A stretch of 32,000 nt of DNA from positions 930,001 to 962,000 of the forward strand of contig NZ_CP007536.1 in the NCBI RefSeq assembly GCF_000698785.1, read 5' to 3'. Under the pieces are notes generated by a model, which saw only the letters and a list, made by a program, of their open reading frames with translations, made no database searches and was not told the DNA's origin. The position numbers were made by a program, and so were the translations under genes. Each line of letters begins with the position of its first letter. Within the stretch, counting starts at the first letter, position 1. Of the stretch, positions 1-7,224 are shown in pieces. The stretch comes from Nitrososphaera viennensis EN76. Lineage in GTDB: Archaea > Thermoproteota > Nitrososphaeria > Nitrososphaerales > Nitrososphaeraceae.

Positions 1-223
1 TGGCTCCGAGCATGAACAGGGGCTCTGCCACTGCAGGCATCATGTCGATGCTTGGCAAGTCAAGCACAAACACGGCAGTCCTGTCGCCATTCAGTTCCAT
101 AAAGTACGCGGCCTCGGCCTTGTTGGCCTTGATGTAGTTTTCCATGCTGGAAACAAAGTTCGGATCCTTGACCATCTTGTTGCCTGCTTCGGTAGGCATG
201 ATTGCTCTTATGACAAACCTCAT
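1..223 (-). CDS. hypothetical protein, N-terminal fragment (gene continues beyond the left edge of the window)
   Basis: Minus-strand frame is open from ATG at 223-221 (MRFVIRAIMPTEAGNKMVKDPNFVSSMENYIKANKAEAAYF...) to base 1 with no stop. Codons are GC3-rich like neighbouring genes. It is absent from the ORF track, presumably because it is truncated by the window edge. Confidence 0.45.
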   Translation of the reverse strand, partial: MRFVIRAIMPTEAGNKMVKDPNFVSSMENYIKANKAEAAYFMELNGDRTAVFVLDLPSIDMMPAVAEPLFMLGA

Positions 224-310
224 GTCAGACAGTAATAGAGGACGGTTGATTTCAAGCGTCGCAAGAGAATCATCGCAATAGATATAATATCTGAAGCACG
301 ATCTTGAGGC

Positions 311-865
311 ATGGCACGAACACTTTCATCCCCGCAGGTCCTGAAAACGGGCGCAAGTGCACCCGATTTCCAATTAAAGGGCGTCGACGGCAAGATGCAC
401 TCGCTCTCCGAGTACAAGGGCAAGGCGACGCTTGTTGTTTTCATCTGCAACCACTGCCCCTTTGTCAAGGCAAGGATAGGCGACATCGTCGCGCTCCAGT
501 CCAAATTCAAGCCTTCTGAACTGCAGGTCGTCGGAATAAACAGCAACGACCCAAGCTACCAGGACGAGGGTTTTGACAACATGGTCAAGTTCTCCAAGGA
601 ATACGGCCTGAATTTCCCGTACCTGATCGACGAGAGTCAGGACATCGCGCGGGCGTATGGCGCGGTGTGCACGCCAGACCCGTTCCTCTTTGTCGACGGC
701 AAGCTGGCATTCCACGGCAGGATAAACGACGCGATGGAGCCGGAGGCCAGGCCGACCGTGCCGGTAATGGAGAACAACGTGCGTACGCTCCTCTCTGGCA
801 AAAAGCTGGAAAAGGATTTCGACCCGTCTATCGGCTGCTCGATCAAGTGGAAAAATAATAACTAG
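311..865 (+). CDS. thioredoxin-fold thiol:disulfide oxidoreductase (AhpC/TSA-redoxin family)
   Basis: 184-aa ORF with ATG start. N-terminal APDFQLKGVDGKMHSLSEYKGKATLVVFICNHCPFV is the typical redoxin beta-alpha-beta with a CxxC active site. A TATA-like 'gatataata' lies about 35 nt upstream. Confidence 0.8.
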   Translation: MARTLSSPQVLKTGASAPDFQLKGVDGKMHSLSEYKGKATLVVFICNHCPFVKARIGDIVALQSKFKPSELQVVGINSNDPSYQDEGFDNMVKFSKEYGLNFPYLIDESQDIARAYGAVCTPDPFLFVDGKLAFHGRINDAMEPEARPTVPVMENNVRTLLSGKKLEKDFDPSIGCSIKWKNNN

Positions 866-2730
866 CCGTACTGGTAGACGATCCCTTTTTCTCCCCTTGG
901 ATGGCGCCACTCGGTTTCTTTGGCGCACGTCCCGCACTCTACGCAGGCCTCGTGCTGCAGCACCACCTTGCCGTCTTCGAGGCTGTAGCATTTCGTGGGG
1001 CAGAGTGTGACGATTTTTTTCATGAACTCTGACTCGGGGTTTGTGACTTTGATGTGCGATTGCCTGTCGTCGTCATATTTCAGGCTGGCGACCCGTTCTG
1101 CAACGCTCGGTATCGTGGGCGTGTACGATGCGGCAACTTTCTTGCCCAGCCTTTCTGCGATTTCTATCGGCACCTGCACGTACGTCTCCTCCGACTCGAC
1201 CAGCGGCAATAGTTTGTCGTAGCCGAGCATGTTGGCAAGGCCCACCGCAAGGCCCCTAAACGTGCTTGAGGACATCAGCCGGAATATCATGCCGTAGCGC
1301 TGGCCGACGATGTCCTTTGGCACGTCCTTTGCCGCGTCAAGGAATATCTTCAGGTAATCCTTGTCTATTTCGTGCATGTCCCGCGTGTACGGGCTTGCCT
1401 CTACCTGCTGCGAATAGTACTCGCCCATATATTCCGGCGTAAAGTTGCCGCGGTCGATTGCGCGGGCTACCGACTCGGCGGCCCTCACGGCGTCGTCGAT
1501 CCCGACGTTGAGCCCTTCTATCCTGGGCCCGATGAACACTCCCCTTCCGGCCGCGTCGCCCACGAACAGGATGTTCTTGTGGTACGGCTTTTTCATCATG
1601 CAGCGCTTGCCGTCCGGCACGAGTTTTGCAGAGTATTCCAGTTCGACGTAGTCGGTTTCAAATCTTGCCCCGTACTTGGACTGCAGGTCGCCCTTTATCG
1701 ATTCAAGCCGCGACCTTATCTCGTCGTCGGATTTGTATTTTCCAGACTCGACCAGCCTCTTGCGCGCAGAAGGCGAGTAATAGGCGTCTCGCAGTTCGTT
1801 CCACGTCTTTATCAGCTTGCTGACTGCAAATTTTATCCGCAGCTGCTCCTCCTTTGGCAGGTTGCGGTCAATCTCTTGCTTGACTGCCACCTCGTCCCTG
1901 ACAAACTCTGACACCAGCGGGTTCCGCAATAGAGCGTCTACGAGCGCGCCAGGCTCTGCAGGTTTTTCCATCAGCGAGTCAAAATGGTAGACGGCGCCCA
2001 CCGAGAGCGTGTCGCGGTTTGTGTAGGCAAAGCCGCCCCCGATGTGCCCGAGCGTGACGTCTCCTGCAAACAGGTGGGCGGCCCCTTCGTCCGGGCCTAT
2101 GCCAAAGCGCTCCTCAAGGATCTGCTCGGGCAGTTTTGCAACCACCTTGACGCCCTGGTACAGCTGTGCCGGCGAAAACTTGGGCCTAGCTCCTGTCATC
2201 TCGGCTATTTCCGAGTTGACGCCGTCTGCGGCAATTACCGCCTTTATCTCAAAAGGTTCAAGCTCGTCGGTCTCTATCACCGCGTGCCTGTCGTTCCAGC
2301 TAATTGAGCGGACGTGGACGCCTGACACTATCCCCCCGCCGGCCTTTTCAGCGGCCTCTGCGGCCTGCTTTGCAAACCAGGCGTTCAGCCTGCCAAGGAG
2401 CACCGAATAGCCAAAGTTGGCCTGGTACTCGTGCGCGGCAGTAAGGTCGATTGCAAAGTCCTTGTCCTTTGACACTGCGTGCAGGATGTATTGGGTAATC
2501 TTGCGCTCCACCGGCGCCTCGGAAAAGTTGCCATAGACGTCCTCGACGTTGTGCACTTTGCCTTGCTTTGGCTTCTTTGAGTACAGGATGCCTCCAGAGA
2601 CGTTTTTTGTCCCCACCTGCCTGCCGGCCTCGATGAGGACGGCCTGCTTGCCAAGGTCTGCAAGTTTCTTGAGCGCGGCAAGCCCCGCCGAGCCTCCGCC
2701 AATGACCGCGACGTCATAGTGCTCAGTCAT
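862..2730 (-). CDS. fixC: FAD-dependent ETF:quinone oxidoreductase FixC fused to ferredoxin-like FixX
   Basis: MTEHYDVAVIGGGSAGLAAL is a Rossmann FAD motif at the start I prefer (ATG 2730, 1 nt after the etfA stop; the track start at 2832 adds an Arg/Ser-rich extension). The C-terminus CPTKCYSLEDGKVVLQHEACVECGTCAKETEWRHPRGEKGIVYQYG matches the FixX ferredoxin-like signature. Confidence 0.85.
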   Translation of the reverse strand: MTEHYDVAVIGGGSAGLAALKKLADLGKQAVLIEAGRQVGTKNVSGGILYSKKPKQGKVHNVEDVYGNFSEAPVERKITQYILHAVSKDKDFAIDLTAAHEYQANFGYSVLLGRLNAWFAKQAAEAAEKAGGGIVSGVHVRSISWNDRHAVIETDELEPFEIKAVIAADGVNSEIAEMTGARPKFSPAQLYQGVKVVAKLPEQILEERFGIGPDEGAAHLFAGDVTLGHIGGGFAYTNRDTLSVGAVYHFDSLMEKPAEPGALVDALLRNPLVSEFVRDEVAVKQEIDRNLPKEEQLRIKFAVSKLIKTWNELRDAYYSPSARKRLVESGKYKSDDEIRSRLESIKGDLQSKYGARFETDYVELEYSAKLVPDGKRCMMKKPYHKNILFVGDAAGRGVFIGPRIEGLNVGIDDAVRAAESVARAIDRGNFTPEYMGEYYSQQVEASPYTRDMHEIDKDYLKIFLDAAKDVPKDIVGQRYGMIFRLMSSSTFRGLAVGLANMLGYDKLLPLVESEETYVQVPIEIAERLGKKVAASYTPTIPSVAERVASLKYDDDRQSHIKVTNPESEFMKKIVTLCPTKCYSLEDGKVVLQHEACVECGTCAKETEWRHPRGEKGIVYQYG

Positions 2731-2731
2731 T

Positions 2732-3907
2732 TTATCTCCTCGCCTCCAGCGCGGGCCTGATGGCGCGCAGCTCCTCGATGAGCGCGGGTATAACGTCCTC
2801 CATCCTTCCCTTGATGAACATGTCGCACTCATCCTTTATCGGCGACTCGGCGTCCGGGTTTATCGCAATCACAAAGCAGGACTCTTTCATGCCGGCGATG
2901 TGCTGCATGGCGCCGCTGATGCCGGCGGCAATGTAGAGAAGCGGCATTATCTTCCTGCCGCTCGTGCCTATCACCCTGTCAGGTATCATGTAGGCCGAGC
3001 TGATGCCCTCGCTCACGGGATATGGCTTTTTTGATATTGGAAGCGACACCCCGACCTCGGCGTCGATCTCTTTTGCAAGTTCGGCGACGAGCTTGATGTT
3101 TTGCTCCGGCGCGTCCTTTATCCCCCGGCCAAAGCTGACCACCGCTTTTTTGCTGTCATAGTCGACAGCGCTCTTGACCTGCTTTCTGCTCAGCACCTTT
3201 ACCTTCAGGTCGTCGGGGTCAAACGCCGGCGAGTAGTCAACTATGACGCCTTTCCTCGAAGTGTCGCGCTCTATGGGCTCAAACACTCCCGGGATTATGC
3301 TGCAGGCCTGCGGGTGGTAGTCCCTTGCGATCGCAGGGTTGCGGTTGTCAAGGCACAGGATAGTAGTCCAGAGAAAGCCGGAAAAGTCAGGCCTGTACAT
3401 TTCAAGCGTCCTTTCGTAGACCATCTGCTGGCCCTTGGTCTTGTGCTCGTGCCTTATCTCAAGGTCGCCGATTACAAGCTTGTTGATGTCAGACGCAAGG
3501 CCCGAGTCAAGCTGCGCCATAACAGTCGAGGACAGCTGCCTGCCCACGCTGTCTGCCGCAAAGAACATGTACCGGGGCCGGACAAAATTAGAAGAATCTG
3601 CAAATTTTGCGACAAGCGACTTGTCAAGCGCTATCTGTGAGATGACCTTGGTGTCTACAAGGTTGCGCGAGTATTTCAGCTCGGGGCTGTCCGCGTATAT
3701 CACGACGTCCGCGCCGTGGTAAATGAGCTCGTCGCATACCGCGCGCACGCCGCTTCCAAGGACTATAGCGACCACCTTTTCGTCGGCCGAGTATTTCTTG
3801 TTGTAGCCGTCCATGAGGCGCCTTGCCTCGCCGAGCATCTCGAGGCTGACAGGCACCAGCTTGCCCTCTTCGTGCTCGATTGTCACGTACAGGTGCTCGT
3901 ACTTCAT
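2732..3907 (-). CDS. etfA: electron transfer flavoprotein alpha subunit (FixB/EtfA-like)
   Basis: The C-terminal FAD-binding block VIGTSGRKIMPLLYIAAGISGAMQHIAGMKESCFVIAINPDAESPI is classic ETF-alpha. The ATG overlaps the etfB stop (ATGA). Confidence 0.9.
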   Translation of the reverse strand: MKYEHLYVTIEHEEGKLVPVSLEMLGEARRLMDGYNKKYSADEKVVAIVLGSGVRAVCDELIYHGADVVIYADSPELKYSRNLVDTKVISQIALDKSLVAKFADSSNFVRPRYMFFAADSVGRQLSSTVMAQLDSGLASDINKLVIGDLEIRHEHKTKGQQMVYERTLEMYRPDFSGFLWTTILCLDNRNPAIARDYHPQACSIIPGVFEPIERDTSRKGVIVDYSPAFDPDDLKVKVLSRKQVKSAVDYDSKKAVVSFGRGIKDAPEQNIKLVAELAKEIDAEVGVSLPISKKPYPVSEGISSAYMIPDRVIGTSGRKIMPLLYIAAGISGAMQHIAGMKESCFVIAINPDAESPIKDECDMFIKGRMEDVIPALIEELRAIRPALEARR

Positions 3908-4782
3908 TTTATTACCATGCCTCCAAGCACTTCGTGGATCTTGGCAGCGACCCTGCGCAACTGCTCGCGGTCTGCGCCGTCTATCACCTCGGCCTTTCTG
4001 CTTGCCTTGGCCTTGGGTATCTTTTCTACCTTGTACACTATGGTGGGCGAGCCGGGTAGGCCAACCATCTTGGGGTCGACTCCCAGCTGCTGCGCGTTGA
4101 ACGTCTTTAGGTAGCGCTTGTAGTCGGCCGATCTTTCCTTTGCCTCCTTTTGGTATTTTTCAAGGGCAAGCCTCTGCGAGACGGTGTCAAACGACGGCTT
4201 GTACGACGGGTCGATTGCGATAAACACCGGAAGCGGGGCCTCCACTTCCTCTATCACGTCGTAAACTCCCTGGAGCGATATGAGGCGCCTTGCCCTCACC
4301 ACCCGCCTTTCCATGTCGATGTCATAGCCTACGACGTGGCCAAGGAACGTGAACCCAAGCTTCCATGCAGTCTGCGGCCCCGTCTGGCCGGTCTCGCCGT
4401 CGGACGCGCGGTGGCCGGAAAAGACAATGTCCATCTTGCCGTCCATCTTGGCGATACCGGCCTGCAGGGTCTCGGCGGTGGCAAGCGTGTCGGCGCCGGC
4501 AAACAGCCTGTCGCTGTACAGGTGCAGCTCCTCCGCGTCGCATATCAGCTGCGCCTGCGCAAGGGCGGCGTCCGCGTTTGGCGGGCCCATCGTGCCCACT
4601 GACACCTTGGCGCCAAACTTTACCCGGGCGTAAAACGCGGCCTGGCAGGCGATGGCGCTGTGGGGCCCGAGAATGCTCTTGGTCTCTGCCCTGTTGAGCG
4701 TGCCGTCGGCGTTGTAACTTACATTCCCTTCGGAGAAATCAGGCTCTAGTTTCACAATAACGGCAACGTTAAGGTTTGGCAT
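3904..4782 (-). CDS. etfB: electron transfer flavoprotein beta subunit (FixA/EtfB-like)
   Basis: 292 aa with an ETF-beta-like N-terminus (NVAVIVKLEPDF...). It sits immediately upstream of etfA and is translationally coupled to it. Confidence 0.85.
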   Translation of the reverse strand: MPNLNVAVIVKLEPDFSEGNVSYNADGTLNRAETKSILGPHSAIACQAAFYARVKFGAKVSVGTMGPPNADAALAQAQLICDAEELHLYSDRLFAGADTLATAETLQAGIAKMDGKMDIVFSGHRASDGETGQTGPQTAWKLGFTFLGHVVGYDIDMERRVVRARRLISLQGVYDVIEEVEAPLPVFIAIDPSYKPSFDTVSQRLALEKYQKEAKERSADYKRYLKTFNAQQLGVDPKMVGLPGSPTIVYKVEKIPKAKASRKAEVIDGADREQLRRVAAKIHEVLGGMVIK

Positions 4783-4835
4783 ACTTTATGCTCCCTTTAT
4801 TTCCATTCTTTTCCTTTAAATGGGTTTGCCATGTA

Positions 4836-5528
4836 TTACACGGTGGTAGCCAGCTGTTTTTGTCGGGACCGCAGCGCTTCGTACGCCCTGCGAAGCCTTG
4901 CATAAAACTGGGGCATGCTGGGCTCCATCATTGCATAGGCAAGGTAAAAGTCCTCTGCCTCGCGCATGTAGCGCTTTTGCTTTTCGTGCCCCGGCAGGCT
5001 GTATATGAAGGCCATGTTGTTGAGCCGGTCAGCAAGTTTTATCACCTTGACGTCATAGTCCGCCTTTGCAAGGAGGCTGCAGTAATCCCAAAAGCGCGCG
5101 GCCTTGCGCTCGTCTTCGGTCTCGCCGGGAAACAATTCAAGGGGCTTTATCTTCAGGTCGCTTGCTATCTCTTGCACCTTTGTACCAAACCTGTACGCAA
5201 GGTACGCCTCAAACCCGTACGCCTTGGACTCGTACAGGTTGAGTATGCGCTCGTCGTCTTCCATCACGTCGTGCAGTATCGCCGACGCGATTTCTACCCC
5301 GGTTATGTTCCTGTTGTTTGCACGGTAATGAGCCACCACGTCCATTGCGACCGGCCACGTGTGGGTTTCAAGAAAGAGCGACTTGCCGTCCTCCCTGACA
5401 AGCCCGGCGTGCACCTCCTCGGCGACCTCTATCGCGCCCTCTATCAGGCTGTCGGGGCGAAACCTGCCTTCGTTTTCAAGGAACGAGAGGAACTCGCTCC
5501 TGCTTGCCTTGGTGGTCGTCTGGGCCAT
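4836..5528 (-). CDS. HD-domain phosphohydrolase, RelA/SpoT-hydrolase (Mesh1/SAH-like) type
   Basis: HTWPVAMDVV...ASAILHDVMEDD reproduces the H...HD...ED arrangement of the SpoT/Mesh1 hydrolase domain. No synthetase domain is present. I prefer ATG 5528 (MAQTTTK...) over the track's TTG at 5555. Confidence 0.7.
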   Translation of the reverse strand: MAQTTTKASRSEFLSFLENEGRFRPDSLIEGAIEVAEEVHAGLVREDGKSLFLETHTWPVAMDVVAHYRANNRNITGVEIASAILHDVMEDDERILNLYESKAYGFEAYLAYRFGTKVQEIASDLKIKPLELFPGETEDERKAARFWDYCSLLAKADYDVKVIKLADRLNNMAFIYSLPGHEKQKRYMREAEDFYLAYAMMEPSMPQFYARLRRAYEALRSRQKQLATTV

Positions 5529-5729
5529 ATAGTATAGTTTGATGCAGAACTGCAAGAAAAGATTTGCTAAGAGGGGGGCCTAGAGGATTTGTTCATAACT
5601 CTTTAAAATTATTATTCCGTCCATATAGTCCAGCGACCGGCGCTTGCCGCACCGTTGTTGAGGCTCGGGTGGTGGTGTCCTTGACGCAGGCAAGCGTTGG
5701 CGCTCCTTTGAGTGAGTGATAATAACAAA

Positions 5730-6089
5730 ATGAAGACAAGCAGAGAGCAAAGACCGTGGGGATGGTTTGAGCAGTTCAACAAAAACGACCCGTGCACCGT
5801 AAAACTCATCCACGTCAAGGCAGGAAGCAGGCTTTCCCTGCAATACCACGAAAAGCGCAGAGAGTTCTGGAAGGTGGTAAAGGGACCCGCTATTGTTCAG
5901 ATAAACGGCAAGACGTTTACAGGCAAGGCCGGCGACGAGTTTGAGATACCAACCCGCGCAAGGCACCGGCTTGCCGCAAAGGGTTCAGACGCCCTGATCC
6001 TGGAGATATCGTACGGCCATTTTGACGAAGACGACATTGTCAGGATAGAGGACGACTTTGGGAGGACGAAGGACGTCCTTTACGCCTAG
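5730..6089 (+). CDS. cupin-domain protein (mannose-6-phosphate isomerase type II C-terminal-like)
   Basis: RPWGWFEQF...VKLIHVKAGSRLSLQYHEKRREFWKVVKG...GDEFEIPTRARHRL is the cupin motif pattern of stand-alone type-II PMI-like cupins. I prefer ATG 5730 to the track's GTG at 5712. Confidence 0.75.
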   Translation: MKTSREQRPWGWFEQFNKNDPCTVKLIHVKAGSRLSLQYHEKRREFWKVVKGPAIVQINGKTFTGKAGDEFEIPTRARHRLAAKGSDALILEISYGHFDEDDIVRIEDDFGRTKDVLYA

Positions 6090-6099
6090 CTAGACCAGG

Positions 6100-6411
6100 C
6101 TAGTCGCCTTTTTTTCCAGTTATTGCCTTTGCCAGGTGCTGGAAGAATATTGCCCTGCGGAGCTTGCCAAATTTGTTGCTTGTCGCATACAGCTTGACAG
6201 GGGTATCGCAGTGGGTACACACCTTTTTCTTTTTCAGTATCACAAGGTCGGTCAGCGGGTGCGTGCCGGAGCAGGTCGAGCACCAATAGTACATCAGACC
6301 CCGCGTCTGGTGTAGAGTAAGCGACTCGAAATCAAGGCCTTCCTTCGAGCATACCTCCCGCGCGATCTCTACCAGCGCAGGGTCGCAGTTGCTTGGAATC
6401 TGTTGTGCCAT
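6100..6411 (-). CDS. hypothetical zinc-ribbon protein
   Basis: 103-aa ORF with ATG start and coding-like composition. CSTC...(20 aa)...CTHC forms a four-Cys zinc-ribbon pattern. I do not recognise a family. Confidence 0.55.
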   Translation of the reverse strand: MAQQIPSNCDPALVEIAREVCSKEGLDFESLTLHQTRGLMYYWCSTCSGTHPLTDLVILKKKKVCTHCDTPVKLYATSNKFGKLRRAIFFQHLAKAITGKKGD

Positions 6412-6480
6412 GCTTATTAATGGGTCGGAGCGGTTAGATAAGTCTAATGGTCACATGTTAGCTAACCACATTCGAGCATT

Positions 6481-6491
6481 AAAGTTATATC
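6481..6491 (+). promoter_or_regulatory. TATA-like box for the ArsR-family gene
   Basis: 'aaagttatatc' ends about 28 nt upstream of ATG 6518. This spacing is typical of archaeal leaderless or short-leader promoters. Confidence 0.35.
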
Positions 6492-6517
6492 TTGAATAGA
6501 AATAACCCACGCAGTCC

Positions 6518-7066
6518 ATGAAAGCGGTATACGTAGTCAGAGATCCGGAAGTTGCAAGGGTGCTTGTAGACCCGATGCGCAGGGCAATCCTGAGCTTTTT
6601 GCGCGAAAAGCCGATGACCCAGGCGCAGCTTGCCGACGAGCTCGGGCTATCTGACGCGTCGCTCAACTACCACATGAAGATACTAAAAGAAAACGGCCTG
6701 GTCGTGCTGACCAAAAAGGTCGCCGAGGAACACGGCATAATCCAGAAATTCTTTTCGCCGGTGGCCTGCCTTTTCGTGTATGACATTGACGCGCTTCCAA
6801 AGGACATCGCGCGTTACTTTTATCCCCAGAGCCTAGAGCGCGCAAGGTCTGTCATCTCTATGCACGACCTTGGCATAGAGGCCCATGACTCGCATTCCGT
6901 CAACGCAATCTCTGACAACCTGTCGCGCCTTTTGGTGAGCACCGCCAAGGCGTACGAGAAAAAGCAAGTCCCGTACGGCAGCGACGCGCTTATTCACGAG
7001 ATTTACGGCAAGGCCATATCGGCCCTAGGCAAGAGCCCAATCAGCATGCACCAAAAGCGCAAGTAG
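6518..7066 (+). CDS. ArsR-family winged-helix transcriptional regulator with C-terminal extension
   Basis: DPMRRAILSFLREKPMTQAQLADELGLSDASLNYHMKILKENGLV is a canonical ArsR/SmtB HTH. Confidence 0.8.
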   Translation: MKAVYVVRDPEVARVLVDPMRRAILSFLREKPMTQAQLADELGLSDASLNYHMKILKENGLVVLTKKVAEEHGIIQKFFSPVACLFVYDIDALPKDIARYFYPQSLERARSVISMHDLGIEAHDSHSVNAISDNLSRLLVSTAKAYEKKQVPYGSDALIHEIYGKAISALGKSPISMHQKRK

Positions 7067-7075
7067 CGTAGACTC

Positions 7076-7082
7076 TTTTTTT
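7076..7082 (+). terminator. oligo-T terminator after the ArsR-family gene
   Basis: A T7 run lies 10 nt after the TAG stop. Archaeal RNA polymerase terminates at oligo-T tracts. Confidence 0.5.
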
Positions 7083-7224
7083 CTCGTTTGTTAGTTCTCT
7101 CACTCAGACAAGCACCATAAGGATCAGGGACGACGATATGAGGGCACACGCGATTATGATTGCGACGCGGAGTTTTTTGTTAGACAGCACTAATCGTTTT
7201 GGCACAGCTGAACATAATTTTAGG

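Noticed and set aside
374-991. Long antisense ORFs in the track, for example 374..991, 1372..1911, 3101..3640, 4776..5537, 9661..10014, 10432..10944, 11719..12516, 12637..13317, 15311..15826, 19387..20298, 23455..24234, 27306..28241 and 28214..28762.
   Set aside because: Each lies opposite or out of frame to a gene with clear family motifs. Their translations are Arg/Ala/Pro/Ser/Cys-rich low-information sequence, typical of shadow frames in GC3-rich genes.
6456-6465. Short palindromes and hairpins in spacers, for example gttagctaac at 6456-6465, aacggccgtt near 27345 and cctgac-acgca-gtcagg at 8881-8897.
   Set aside because: Dozens of 10-12-nt palindromes are expected by chance in 32 kb, and none has supporting context such as repetition.
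7104-7205. A possible 28-33-aa single-TM micro-ORF downstream of asnB ((M)PKRLVLSNKKLRVAIIIACALISSSLILMVLV, GTG starts).
   Set aside because: It has only non-ATG starts and no promoter-like box. It could simply be the tail of the spurious 66-aa track ORF 7104..7304. The hydrophobic stretch alone is insufficient.
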